Part shown: positions 9,670 through 19,616 of the stretch, piece by piece | Numbering within the stretch: the first letter of the stretch is position 1 | How the letters are laid out: each line of letters opens with the position of its first letter | NCBI GenBank assembly: GCA_002840305.1 | Contig: PHAI01000001.1 | Span: 112,074 to 176,073 of the forward strand | Reading direction: 5' to 3' | Length of the DNA stretch: 64,000 bases | From: Candidatus Falkowbacteria bacterium HGW-Falkowbacteria-1 | Lineage (GTDB): Bacteria; Patescibacteriota; Patescibacteriia; Patescibacteriales; UBA12465 | Translations under genes and position numbers: made by a program | The notes under the pieces: model-generated | Database searches by the model: none | What the model saw: the letters and a program-made list of their open reading frames with translations, nothing else | What the model was told of the DNA's origin: nothing

Positions 9670-10668
9670 ATGTCTGAAGATAGAGTTGTGAGTCCAATAG
9701 AAAATAACAGTGATAAAAATTTTGACCTTAGTTTGAGGCCCAAAAGTTTTTCTGAATATATTGGTCAAGAGAACATAAAAACCAATTTACAAATAACCAT
9801 AAAAGCAGCATCTAAAAGGTCGGAACCCATAGATCATGTTTTGTTTTATGGTGCTCCTGGTCTCGGTAAAACTACCTTGGCCAATGTTGTTTCCAACGAA
9901 ATTGGTGCTAATCTCAAGGTAACATCTGGCCCGGCGATAGAGAGGAGTGGGGACCTGGCAACTATTTTAACCAATTTGAGTGATGGTGATATTTTATTTA
10001 TTGACGAAATTCATCGTTTGAATAAAGTAGTAGAAGAAATTTTGTACCCAGCCATGGAAGATTTTGCGCTTGATTTAATTATGGGTAAGGGGTCCGGAGC
10101 CAGAACACTCAGAATTGATTTACCTCGTTTCACCATCATTGGCGCAACCACTAAGGCCAGTTTATTATCAGCTCCGCTTAGAGATCGTTTTGGCATTATT
10201 CATCATTTAGATTTTTATGAAGATGAACATATTCATCAGATTATAAAAAGAAGTTCAAATATTTTGGGCGTAGAAATAGATGAGGAGGCAAGTCTTTTAA
10301 TAGCCGAAAGAGCTAGAAAAACACCTCGCATCGCCAATAGACTGCTTAAAAGAGTTAGGGACTTTTCAGTCGTTGAAGGGAACGGTTTTATCGATAAAGA
10401 TATTTGTCTTAAATCATTTGAAGTTTTAAATATTGATAAATATGGACTTGATCATGTTGATAGAAAAATTTTAAACACAATTATTGAAAAATTTGGTGGT
10501 GGGCCGGTTGGTTTGAATACATTATCAGCAGCCACCGGAGAGGATATGGCTACTATCGAGGATGTTTATGAACCTTATTTAATGCAGCTAGGTTTTCTAG
10601 ATCGTTCTCCCAGAGGTCGTGTCGCCACTGATTCAGCGTTTGGTCATTTAGGATTGAAAAAACAATAA
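9670..10668 (+). CDS. ruvB: Holliday junction helicase RuvB
   Basis: LRPKSF, GAPGLGKTT, DEIHR, YEPYL. Confidence 0.98.
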   Translation: MSEDRVVSPIENNSDKNFDLSLRPKSFSEYIGQENIKTNLQITIKAASKRSEPIDHVLFYGAPGLGKTTLANVVSNEIGANLKVTSGPAIERSGDLATILTNLSDGDILFIDEIHRLNKVVEEILYPAMEDFALDLIMGKGSGARTLRIDLPRFTIIGATTKASLLSAPLRDRFGIIHHLDFYEDEHIHQIIKRSSNILGVEIDEEASLLIAERARKTPRIANRLLKRVRDFSVVEGNGFIDKDICLKSFEVLNIDKYGLDHVDRKILNTIIEKFGGGPVGLNTLSAATGEDMATIEDVYEPYLMQLGFLDRSPRGRVATDSAFGHLGLKKQ

Positions 10669-10674
10669 ATATTT

Positions 10675-11742
10675 ATGAATTTAGCTGATTTTGACTACGA
10701 ATTACCAAAGAATCTTATTGCTCAAGAACCAGCAAATCCACGGGATCATTCCCGTCTTTTAATTTATAATCGTGCCAATGGGGAAATTGATCATCGGCAT
10801 TTTTGTGATTTGTTTAATTATTTAAATAAAGATGACGTTCTATTTATAAACAATTCAAAAGTATTTAATGCCCGTTTAATTAGTAAAAAGGAGAGTGGCG
10901 GGAAGGTTGAAATTTTTTTACTAAAAGTTGTAGAAAAGAATAAAAATATTTGGAAATGTTTGCTTGGTGGAAGAGTGGTGGTTGGCAAGATACTCAAATT
11001 GGCGCAAGGTATAAAAGCTGAAGTTTTAGAAAAAAACGAGGGAACGTTTTTGCTTAAATTTGATCTGGATTATGAAAGGTTTATAAAAAAGTTAGAAGAG
11101 ATAGGAGAAACTCCTTTGCCGCCTTATATAAAAAGAAGCGAAAAATTAAACAGGGATGTTTCAAATTATCAAACTGTGTATGCCAAAAATGAGAAGATAG
11201 GCTCATCGGCTGCGCCTACTGCGGGCCTGCATTTTAATAAAGAAATTTTAGAAAAAATAAAAAGTAAGGGAGTGGAGATAGTAGAGGCAACGCTTCATGT
11301 TGGACTGGGAACGTTCTTACCAGTTAAAACTGAAAATATTCTGGAACATAAAATGCACAGCGAGGATGTCGAAATTTCTCTTTCTTCAATTAATAAGATA
11401 GTAGAGGCAAAAAATAAAAAAAAGAGAATAGTTGCCGTTGGAACAACTTCTTGTCGCATATTGGAAAGTCTAAATAATTTTTTAAAGTATGATTGTGAAA
11501 AAAATAAATTTTTGGAATATAAAGGGCAAGATTTAAAATTTTCTACTGATATTTTTATTTATCCAGGATACGAATTCAAAATAGTAGATTCTCTTATAAC
11601 TAATTTTCATCTGCCAAAATCTAGTTTGTTAATGTTGGTGAGCGCTCTTGCCGGTCGAAAAAATATTTTAGAAGTTTACAATAAGGCAATAGAAGAAAAA
11701 TATAGGTTTTTCAGTTATGGTGACGCGATGTTTATTGTTTAG
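10675..11742 (+). CDS. queA: SAM:tRNA ribosyltransferase-isomerase
   Basis: DFDYELP, PLPPYI, AAPTAGLHF, TNFHLPKS, FFSYGDAM. Confidence 0.97.
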   Translation: MNLADFDYELPKNLIAQEPANPRDHSRLLIYNRANGEIDHRHFCDLFNYLNKDDVLFINNSKVFNARLISKKESGGKVEIFLLKVVEKNKNIWKCLLGGRVVVGKILKLAQGIKAEVLEKNEGTFLLKFDLDYERFIKKLEEIGETPLPPYIKRSEKLNRDVSNYQTVYAKNEKIGSSAAPTAGLHFNKEILEKIKSKGVEIVEATLHVGLGTFLPVKTENILEHKMHSEDVEISLSSINKIVEAKNKKKRIVAVGTTSCRILESLNNFLKYDCEKNKFLEYKGQDLKFSTDIFIYPGYEFKIVDSLITNFHLPKSSLLMLVSALAGRKNILEVYNKAIEEKYRFFSYGDAMFIV

Positions 11743-11911
11743 GGGGTGATATTGTTTTTTTGTTTTATTTTTTTGAAAAAGGTGGCACAGAAATATATAC
11801 ATGTTGATTTTTAATCATTTTTCTGCTAAATTTTAGTTATTGATAATCAAGGTTTGTTAAAAATATTATTTCTGTTTGAATTAATATTCAAAAATAGCCT
11901 ATATAATTTTT

Positions 11912-12469
11912 ATGCTTAGAAATATATTTGAGTTTATTAAGGTGGTCGTTGTGTCTCTTTTAATAATTTTGCCAATAAGGTTTTTTGTTATTCAGCCGTT
12001 TTATGTTAAAGGGGCTTCTATGGAGCCAAACTTTCATGATCATGAATATCTTATCGTCGATGAAGTTTCTTATCGTTTTAATAGCCCAAGTCGCGGAGAA
12101 GTTATTGTTTTTAGATATCCTTTAAATCCTAAGGAGTATTTTATAAAAAGAGTCATTGCTTTGCCCGGTGAAGAAGTTGAGATTGTTGATGGTGATATTT
12201 ATATTTACAACGAGGAAAATCCTAATGGCTTTTTGTTAAAAGAGTCTTTGTATTTGGATGATAGTGTGGACACGTATAATGTCGAAGAAGGGTCTACGGA
12301 ATTAGATGGTGATGAATATTTTGTTTTAGGAGACAATCGACATGCCTCTAAAGACTCCAGAAGTTTTGGTCCAGTAAATAAAAGCTTTATTGTTGGAAGA
12401 GTTATGTTGAGGGCATGGCCTTTTAGTAGTTTTAGTCTTTTTAAACACATGGATTATTATAATAATTAA
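11912..12469 (+). CDS. lepB: Signal peptidase I
   Basis: GASMEP, FIKRVIALPG, GDNR..SKDSR. Confidence 0.95.
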   Translation: MLRNIFEFIKVVVVSLLIILPIRFFVIQPFYVKGASMEPNFHDHEYLIVDEVSYRFNSPSRGEVIVFRYPLNPKEYFIKRVIALPGEEVEIVDGDIYIYNEENPNGFLLKESLYLDDSVDTYNVEEGSTELDGDEYFVLGDNRHASKDSRSFGPVNKSFIVGRVMLRAWPFSSFSLFKHMDYYNN

Positions 12470-12534
12470 ATATCCGCCCTTGCATACGTAAAAGCATTTC
12501 GCGCTAACGTGGCCATGGTGTGACAAATAAAAAT

Positions 12535-13902
12535 ATGGGCAGGAGAAAAAAAACCGAAAAGAAAGTTTCTTTTGTTAAAAAAAATAGTAAAATTGGCAAT
12601 AGAATTGTCAAGGAGAAGGTTACTGTCAAAAATTTTTTGCGTCTTTTGGGTATGAAGGATGTTTTACCAGTTGATTACAAATTTCTAAATCCAATACTCA
12701 AGAAAATAGAAGATACTGCAAATAGTTATAGCTTTAACAAGATAGAGGTTCCTATCATAGAAAATTTTTCTTTATATAAGAAGGCATTGGATAAAAATAA
12801 AATTAAATCTTTATTTTTCATTGAGCAAAACGGTCCGGACAGAGCATGTTTGAGGCCCGATCTTATACATGGTATAGCCAGGGCTTTAATAGAGCACAAT
12901 ATTTTGAATACTCAAGAAAGACCATCAAAGTTTTTTTCTATGGGGCCTGTTTTTAGACAAGAAAAGGTTAGGGGCGGTGTTTACAAGCAGTTTACTCAGT
13001 TTAATCTTAGTATTTTTAACGATATTAAACCATCGTCGGATGCTTTTTTGATATTTGTTATTTATAATATATTTAAAGAATTGCAAATAGATGTTCAAAT
13101 TCAAGTTAATAGCCTAGGTGACGCTCCTTGCCAGAAAGAGTTTTTGGCAAAATTTTTAAAAGCTTTTAAGGAAAAGAGTAAGAAAAATAAATTATGTCCA
13201 GAATGTAAAAAGAACTTGACGAAAAATCCTTCGTTATTATTGGAGTGTCAGGAAGAGGGTTGTTTAAATTTGAGAAATGAAATGCCGCAAATAATTAATC
13301 ATCTCTCCGAAGAAGGCAGTACTAGATTTTATAAGACTCTAGAATTTTTAGATGAAATGGAAGTTAATTATAACTTTAATCCTTATTTGATAAGTGACGT
13401 TGGTTATTATAACGACTTGATCTTCGAGGTTTGGCCAATAGAGAAAAACGGAGAACTAAATAGCAAGTTGTCCCTCGGTAGAGGGGGTAGATATGACAAC
13501 CTCTTTGGTTCTTTAACGGGTAGAGATTTACCGGTTTTAAGTTTCAATGGTGGAATCGAAAGAACCTTGATTAAGTCTAAGGAAAATAATCAGACAATAG
13601 AAGAAAACAGAGACGATGTTGTTTTTTTGGCTCAGATTGATAATCAGGCTAAGGTTAGAGCAGTATTTTTATTCAAAGAATTAACGAAGAGGGGGTTTAA
13701 TGTTTTTCAAGCTTTTCATTTGGATGATTTAAAAGGTCAGATGGAGGAGGCCAAGCAATGTAAGGCCAATATAGTTCTTATTTTGGGGAAAAAAGAAATT
13801 GCCGATGAAACAATTTTGTTCAGAGATACTGATTCTGGTGTTCAAGAAATAGTTGCTCAGAAAGATTTAATCTCAAGGCTTGAAAAAAATATTAAACTGT
13901 AG
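12535..13902 (+). CDS. Divergent histidyl-tRNA synthetase / HisZ-like paralog
   Basis: GMKD, LRPD, MGPVFRQE, GGRYD and anticodon-binding domain present; several catalytic motifs degenerate. Confidence 0.7.
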   Translation: MGRRKKTEKKVSFVKKNSKIGNRIVKEKVTVKNFLRLLGMKDVLPVDYKFLNPILKKIEDTANSYSFNKIEVPIIENFSLYKKALDKNKIKSLFFIEQNGPDRACLRPDLIHGIARALIEHNILNTQERPSKFFSMGPVFRQEKVRGGVYKQFTQFNLSIFNDIKPSSDAFLIFVIYNIFKELQIDVQIQVNSLGDAPCQKEFLAKFLKAFKEKSKKNKLCPECKKNLTKNPSLLLECQEEGCLNLRNEMPQIINHLSEEGSTRFYKTLEFLDEMEVNYNFNPYLISDVGYYNDLIFEVWPIEKNGELNSKLSLGRGGRYDNLFGSLTGRDLPVLSFNGGIERTLIKSKENNQTIEENRDDVVFLAQIDNQAKVRAVFLFKELTKRGFNVFQAFHLDDLKGQMEEAKQCKANIVLILGKKEIADETILFRDTDSGVQEIVAQKDLISRLEKNIKL

Positions 13903-13943
13903 TATAATATTTTTAAATATAATTAAAAAAATAGAAAGGAGGT
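13880..13943 (+). promoter_or_regulatory. rpsU promoter and strong Shine-Dalgarno
   Basis: TTGAAA-17-TATAAT (13880-13908); GAAAGGAGGT 13934-13943. Confidence 0.65.
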
Positions 13944-13946
13944 CCT

Positions 13947-14180
13947 ATGGCAGATTTAAAGAGAAAAAAAGGAGAGAGTTTTGAAGCTTTTTTAAGGCGT
14001 TTTAAGGGTAGTTTAAAAAACAACAAAAGATTAGAAACCTTTAGAGGCAAACAAACTTTTAATAAGAAGAAAACTAAAATACAGTTGAAGAAATCGGCTT
14101 TGGCCAAAATCAGTTTGGGCAAGAAGTATGAACTTCTAAGAAAAACTGGCAAACTCGAAGAAGGCAAGCGGATGAGATAG
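13947..14180 (+). CDS. rpsU: 30S ribosomal protein S21 (divergent)
   Basis: Basic 77 aa; KKGESFEAFLRRFK matches bS21 N-terminus. Confidence 0.75.
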   Translation: MADLKRKKGESFEAFLRRFKGSLKNNKRLETFRGKQTFNKKKTKIQLKKSALAKISLGKKYELLRKTGKLEEGKRMR

Positions 14181-14182
14181 AC

Positions 14183-14227
14183 AAAAAAAAGTAGGCGCGC
14201 AAAATTTTGCGGGCCTACTTTTTTTTT
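14183..14227. terminator. Bidirectional terminator between rpsU and rel
   Basis: A8-GTAGGCGCGCAAA...TTTGCGGGCCTAC-T run. Confidence 0.8.
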
Positions 14228-15677
14228 ATTTTTTGAACATTTTTTTGATTTTATAAAGAGGATTTGTCTGGGAATATTGTTTTATTCTTTCTTTGGCGTG
14301 TTTCGTTTTGACAAAATCAAGCCATTCAGCATTGGGTCCTTTTCTGTTTTTTTCAATTATTATTTCTACAATATCTCCGTTTTTTAATTCTTGGCTTAGT
14401 GGTGATATTTTTTCGTTTATTAATGCCCCAGAAGCTTTATTTCCTATGTCCGTGTGAATGGCATAGGCGAAGTCAACCGGAGTTGATTTTTCTGGTAGCT
14501 CTATGACATCTTCCTTGGGGGAAAATACAAATATTCTATCCTGAAATATGTTTGTTTTTATTTCTTGAACAAATTTTTCAGTGTTTTGGTTTTCTTTTTG
14601 TATTTCCAATATTTCTTTTATCCAGCCTGGTTTATCGTAATCTTTGTTTCCACTTTTATAACTCCAATGCGATGCTAGTCCGTACAAAGACTCATCATGC
14701 ATTTCGTGGGTTTTTATTTGAAATTCAGTTGCCTTGCCGTCTGGTCCGATTATAGTTGTGTGCAAGCTTCTGTATCCGTTAGGCTTCGGTACTGCAATAT
14801 AATCTTTAAATCTCCTTGATATCGGCTTCCAAATTGAATGGATTACGCCCAATATTTTATAACAGTCCTCTATGTTGTTTACCACGACTCTTAAAGCGAA
14901 CACGTCGTAGATTTCATCAAACTTCCTATCTTTCCTTTGCATTTTTTGCCAGATACTATAGAGATGTTTAAAGCGGGCAGTTATTTCATAATCAATTTTT
15001 GCTTCTTTTAGCTCTTCTTCCAATCTATTTTTTACTTTATTAAAGAATTGGTTTCTTTCTGCTTTTTTTTCAATTTCGTACTTGTATTCTATTTTTTTAT
15101 ATTCATTTGGGTATAGGTATTTGAAGCAGATGTCCTCCATCTGCCATTTTAATCTCCAGATACCCATAAGTCCTGCTATTGGGGCATATATTTCTAGGGT
15201 TTCTTTTGCAATCCTATGTTGTTTATTTTCTGGTAAGGCATCAAGAGTCTTTAAATTATGTAAACGATCACAGAATTTTATGTATATTATTCTAACATCG
15301 TCGACAACAGCTAAAAACATTTTTCTTAAATTTTCTCTGTATCTTTCTATGCCCCTATATTTTATTTTTCCCAATTTTGTAATTCCGGCTACCAATTTTG
15401 CCACCTCTGATCCGAAGGTTTGCTCTATTTCCTCTATTGTACAAGAGGTGTCCTCCGGTACGTCATGTAATATTCCGGCCACGATAGTGCTTTGGTCTGC
15501 TCTTATTTGGGCAAGATTAAAGGCCGTATGAAGACAATGTTCAATATAGGGCTCTCCACTTTTTCTGCTTTGATCGCCATGTGCTTTTTTGGCAAAATTG
15601 TAGGCCTTTATTATCTCTGAAACATCTATATCTGGGTTAACATCCGTAGCCTTTTTTATTAGTCTTTCAATCGTCAT
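14226..15677 (-). CDS. rel: RelA/SpoT (p)ppGpp hydrolase/synthetase with TGS domain, no ACT domain
   Basis: RKSGEPY, HDVPED, DRLHN, RFKDYI, PKPNGYRSLHT, TPVDFAYAIHT. Confidence 0.93.
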   Translation of the reverse strand: MTIERLIKKATDVNPDIDVSEIIKAYNFAKKAHGDQSRKSGEPYIEHCLHTAFNLAQIRADQSTIVAGILHDVPEDTSCTIEEIEQTFGSEVAKLVAGITKLGKIKYRGIERYRENLRKMFLAVVDDVRIIYIKFCDRLHNLKTLDALPENKQHRIAKETLEIYAPIAGLMGIWRLKWQMEDICFKYLYPNEYKKIEYKYEIEKKAERNQFFNKVKNRLEEELKEAKIDYEITARFKHLYSIWQKMQRKDRKFDEIYDVFALRVVVNNIEDCYKILGVIHSIWKPISRRFKDYIAVPKPNGYRSLHTTIIGPDGKATEFQIKTHEMHDESLYGLASHWSYKSGNKDYDKPGWIKEILEIQKENQNTEKFVQEIKTNIFQDRIFVFSPKEDVIELPEKSTPVDFAYAIHTDIGNKASGALINEKISPLSQELKNGDIVEIIIEKNRKGPNAEWLDFVKTKHAKERIKQYSQTNPLYKIKKMFKK

Positions 15678-15774
15678 AGGGCATTTTATTATTTTTTGTT
15701 TTTATGCTATACTCATCTATATAATACCAAATAGTATTTGAATTAGCAATTTATTAAAAATTATTTATTTAACT

Positions 15775-18279
15775 ATGTTTAATCCTAAAAAAAATCTAAA
15801 ATTGATTATTTTTTTTGTTTTTTTGTTTTCATTGGCGTTTATATTTATTGATAGCAATGCTTTATTGGCTGCTACGACTGACAGTTTGGGAATCAATGCC
15901 GTTGACAGTGAAATAGTATTAGCGAGTACTGACCCGAGGACGGTTGTTGTTAGAATAATCAATATTTTTTTGGGAATTCTTGGTATTGTAGCGGTTTCTT
16001 TAATTATTTTTGCTGGTTTTACTTGGATGACATCTGAGGGTAACGAAGAAAAAGTAAGCAAAGCCAAGGGCATATTAAAGAGCGCTGTGGTTGGATTGAT
16101 TATTGTTTTATCTGCTTGGGGAATAGTTTCTTTCATTTTTAAGGAAATAGCTGGTGGTGGTTCTGAGTCTAGTTTACAAAATAGCAATTCTTCTTTTTTT
16201 CAGAATGGCATTGGGGCGGTCGGGGCTTGTACAGTCGAAAGTGTTTATCCCGAGCCAGGTCAAAAGAGTGTTCCTAGAAATACAATGATAATGATAACCT
16301 TTAAAGAGGAAGTCTCGTCTAGCACGGTACTTGCCAATTCTTCTATATGCTTAGAGCAAGAATTTTCTTTTGAAGATCAAACATGCTCAAATCCTGTTGA
16401 TTTTAGTTTAAGCACTGAGGATAATAAAATATTTGTGATATTTCCTAATTCCTTGCTTGGGAATGAAGATGGCTTTTCTTCTTATGTTGTTTATTTCTCG
16501 AATGATGTTTTAAAGCTTGACGAAAGTGAATCAATATTTGATACTTGCGCCCCTCAATATTTATTGTGGAACTTTGAAGTTAGTAATCAGCTTGATTTGA
16601 CGCCACCAAAAATAGAAAGTATTTTTCCTCAAGCCGACAACCAAAAGGATCAGCTTGAAACAAGTTCTTTATTGGAATATGCAGAGGCTCAAATAAGTGT
16701 TGTTGGTATTCCTAATTATTTCAAACCAGCTGAAATTACTTCTGTAACTAGTGGTGGAGGAACATCCTCTAGCGCCTCTGGCGAGATTAACCCAAATTAT
16801 AACGGAGAATATACTAACTTTACAGTGACTATCCCAACTGGCGCCGACAACAAAGCTCAATTAATGGGAGGTTCAGTTAATTTAGGAGCTTTTGACATTA
16901 TAGAAAATAAGGTTAATTTTACTAATTATTTTTCTCTTGAACTAGAGGAAGGATTTTCTCCTGGCAACTCTTGGAGCGTCCAGGTCAAAAAAATGGTTCC
17001 AGCTGATAAAATAAAAGTTGGTCCATACGAGTATACTTTTATAGATGGCGATACTAATTCTTATAATATAGGAGTTAGGGCTAGTAATATTGGTCAAGCA
17101 GAGCAAATTTATATAGCTTTGAATGATCACCCGAATGTAGATGTTTCTTATTCTTCTAACGTTATAAGCTTGGTGGCTAAAACCGGAGGCTCTTCTGGAA
17201 ATTCAATAGCCCTGCAGTCCTATACTGACAAAATACAAGTCGTAGAATTTAGTGGTGGGGCTGATAGGGTGGATAGAATAATTGTTGGAGATAAAAAGGA
17301 CAAACCAATGAACGCTACTATTCAAATAAATTTTAATGAAGCTATAAACCCATTGACCGTTTCTGGCACTAGTGCAGAACTTGAAGACTATCTTAGGGTT
17401 ATTAATGTGTCAGACGGCGGATCAATAGTAAGCGGAAAATTTGTTATTTCTTCAAATTATAAAACGGTTGAATTTGTGTCAGACTTTAAGTGTGGCGCCA
17501 ATAGTTGTGGTGGCGATGTTTTTTGTTTGCCGGCTAATAGTAATATAAAAGTGGAAGTTGTGGCTGCTGGATTGTTTGATTGTGAGGGGGATGGTATTAA
17601 TTGTGCAAATAAGAGTCCGTTCGTAAATTGTCCAGTTAATATTTGTCAAAATGACGAGGGCAAGAGATACCCTTTGTCTGCAATGCCGGCAAGCGGGGCG
17701 ATGGATTCTTCCGCTAACTCTCTTGATGGAAATGGTGATGGTTATTCTTATGGACCGGCTTCTTATTATTATAAAAACCAAGCTAACCCTTTAACTGGAG
17801 ACAGTTTTTCTTGGTCTTTTTGGATAAATGATAAAATTGATTCAGAGCCGCCAGTTATTTTAGAATTTACTCCAACAACTCCCGCCAACTTATTTAGTTC
17901 AATAGAGATTATTTTTAACAAGCTTATTTCAACTGATAGTCTTAGAACCGGGCAAACCTTAATAGAAAGCGGAGAAGAAAGTGTTGCACATAATAGAATA
18001 AATATATTAAGTGGTCAGTTGGTTGGATATTGGATAAGCTTTGAAAACCAGGATACTAATCCCGTGGACGGGGATCCTGATAGAACGAAGGTCTTTATAA
18101 ATCATGCTAGATTTTTTGAGGGTGCTGGTTATAGGTCTCAAGCTGGTTCGGGGGTTAAAGATATTTATCAAAATTGTTTTAAGCCTAGTGCTAGCATAAA
18201 TTGTAATGCCAACCCCCTAAATCCGTCTTGTTGTGATGGAAGTCCTAGTTCGGGAGCTGACTGTTCGACCGCTGATTAA
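15775..18279 (+). CDS. VirB2/TrbC-like pilin domain fused to large extracellular Ig-like, Cys-rich region
   Basis: Signal peptide, two TMs around GFTWMTSEGNEEKVSKAK; SVYPEPGQKSVPRNTMIMITF and NATIQINFNEAINP Ig-like starts. Confidence 0.72.
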   Translation: MFNPKKNLKLIIFFVFLFSLAFIFIDSNALLAATTDSLGINAVDSEIVLASTDPRTVVVRIINIFLGILGIVAVSLIIFAGFTWMTSEGNEEKVSKAKGILKSAVVGLIIVLSAWGIVSFIFKEIAGGGSESSLQNSNSSFFQNGIGAVGACTVESVYPEPGQKSVPRNTMIMITFKEEVSSSTVLANSSICLEQEFSFEDQTCSNPVDFSLSTEDNKIFVIFPNSLLGNEDGFSSYVVYFSNDVLKLDESESIFDTCAPQYLLWNFEVSNQLDLTPPKIESIFPQADNQKDQLETSSLLEYAEAQISVVGIPNYFKPAEITSVTSGGGTSSSASGEINPNYNGEYTNFTVTIPTGADNKAQLMGGSVNLGAFDIIENKVNFTNYFSLELEEGFSPGNSWSVQVKKMVPADKIKVGPYEYTFIDGDTNSYNIGVRASNIGQAEQIYIALNDHPNVDVSYSSNVISLVAKTGGSSGNSIALQSYTDKIQVVEFSGGADRVDRIIVGDKKDKPMNATIQINFNEAINPLTVSGTSAELEDYLRVINVSDGGSIVSGKFVISSNYKTVEFVSDFKCGANSCGGDVFCLPANSNIKVEVVAAGLFDCEGDGINCANKSPFVNCPVNICQNDEGKRYPLSAMPASGAMDSSANSLDGNGDGYSYGPASYYYKNQANPLTGDSFSWSFWINDKIDSEPPVILEFTPTTPANLFSSIEIIFNKLISTDSLRTGQTLIESGEESVAHNRINILSGQLVGYWISFENQDTNPVDGDPDRTKVFINHARFFEGAGYRSQAGSGVKDIYQNCFKPSASINCNANPLNPSCCDGSPSSGADCSTAD

Positions 18280-18438
18280 GTCGACAGAAGAAAGTTTTTT
18301 ATGTTAAATTTATATTGGGATTAGGCTTATTTTTAGTTTAGTTTACAAGAGTAAGAGTATGTTTTATTTATTAATAATTTAATTGGTTGTTTATTATGTT
18401 TCAAAATTATTTTCTAATAAACAATTATAAAAAGTATT

Positions 18439-19473
18439 ATGTCAAAAGAAAAAAAAACAAAGGAAGTGGGAAAGTCTGGATCAAACAAGGCCGAAGCCGC
18501 TTCTTTGGCTATTGCACAAATTAAAAGTAAATTTGGAGAAGGGTCTATAATGAAGTTTGGTGAGTCCAGAAAAACAAATGTTGACGCTATTCCTACCGGT
18601 TGTTTGTCCTTGGACATAGCTTTTGGTATAGGTGGAGTTCCTAGAGGTAGGGTTATAGAAATTTTTGGTCCTGAATCTTCGGGAAAAACTACCTTGGCAC
18701 AGCATATAGTAGCAGAAGTTCAAAAGTTAGGAGGAATTGCTGCCTTTGTTGATGCTGAGCACGCTCTTGATCCTGATTATGCTGAAAAAATAGGAATAAA
18801 TATTAAGGAGATGTTGATTTCCCAGCCAGATACAGGAGAGCAGGCCTTGGAAATAGTTGAGACCTTGGTGCGTTCAAATGCCGTCGACGTTATAGTTATT
18901 GATAGTGTTGCAGCGCTTGTTCCTCAAAGAGAAATAGAAGGAGATATGGGCGATCAACACATGGGGCTTCAAGCCAGATTAATGAGTCAGGCCCTTAGAA
19001 AGCTTACCGCTATTATATCTAAAACCAAGACAGTCGTAATTTTTATTAATCAAATAAGAAATAAGATTGGTGTGTTTTTTGGCAACCCAGAGACTACCAG
19101 TGGAGGAAATGCTTTAAAGTTTTATTCGTCAGTTAGAGTTGAAGTCAGAAGAAGCGCGCAAATTAAGCAAGGAGATAAAATAATAGGCAATAGGGTAAAA
19201 GCTAAAATTGTTAAAAACAAAGTAGCGGCCCCTTTTAAATCGGCAGAGTTTGATATTATGTATAATGAGGGGATATCTCTTTCCGGCGATCTTTTAGATC
19301 TAGGTGTTGAATATGGTGTTATTAAAAAATCTGGAAATTCTTATTCTTTTGGTGCGCACAAGATGGGAGTTGGGAGAGAGAGTGCCAAGGGATATATTAA
19401 ATCACAAGAAAAATTGATGAAAGAACTTCGAGTTAAAATATTAGAAGAATATAACAAAAAAGAGAATAAATAA
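18439..19473 (+). CDS. recA: Recombinase A
   Basis: [30 protein letters not shown]. Confidence 0.99.
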   Translation: MSKEKKTKEVGKSGSNKAEAASLAIAQIKSKFGEGSIMKFGESRKTNVDAIPTGCLSLDIAFGIGGVPRGRVIEIFGPESSGKTTLAQHIVAEVQKLGGIAAFVDAEHALDPDYAEKIGINIKEMLISQPDTGEQALEIVETLVRSNAVDVIVIDSVAALVPQREIEGDMGDQHMGLQARLMSQALRKLTAIISKTKTVVIFINQIRNKIGVFFGNPETTSGGNALKFYSSVRVEVRRSAQIKQGDKIIGNRVKAKIVKNKVAAPFKSAEFDIMYNEGISLSGDLLDLGVEYGVIKKSGNSYSFGAHKMGVGRESAKGYIKSQEKLMKELRVKILEEYNKKENK

Positions 19474-19616
19474 TGTTGCAATTTTTATTTAGTTTTTCAT
19501 AAAATACTCTTATTTTTTAAGAGTATTTTAATTATATGAAAGCTTTATTTTTTTCTTAAATAATGCTAAAATATTGATGTTCTGATTTTATTTATAAACT
19601 TATTAGAATAAAAAAA

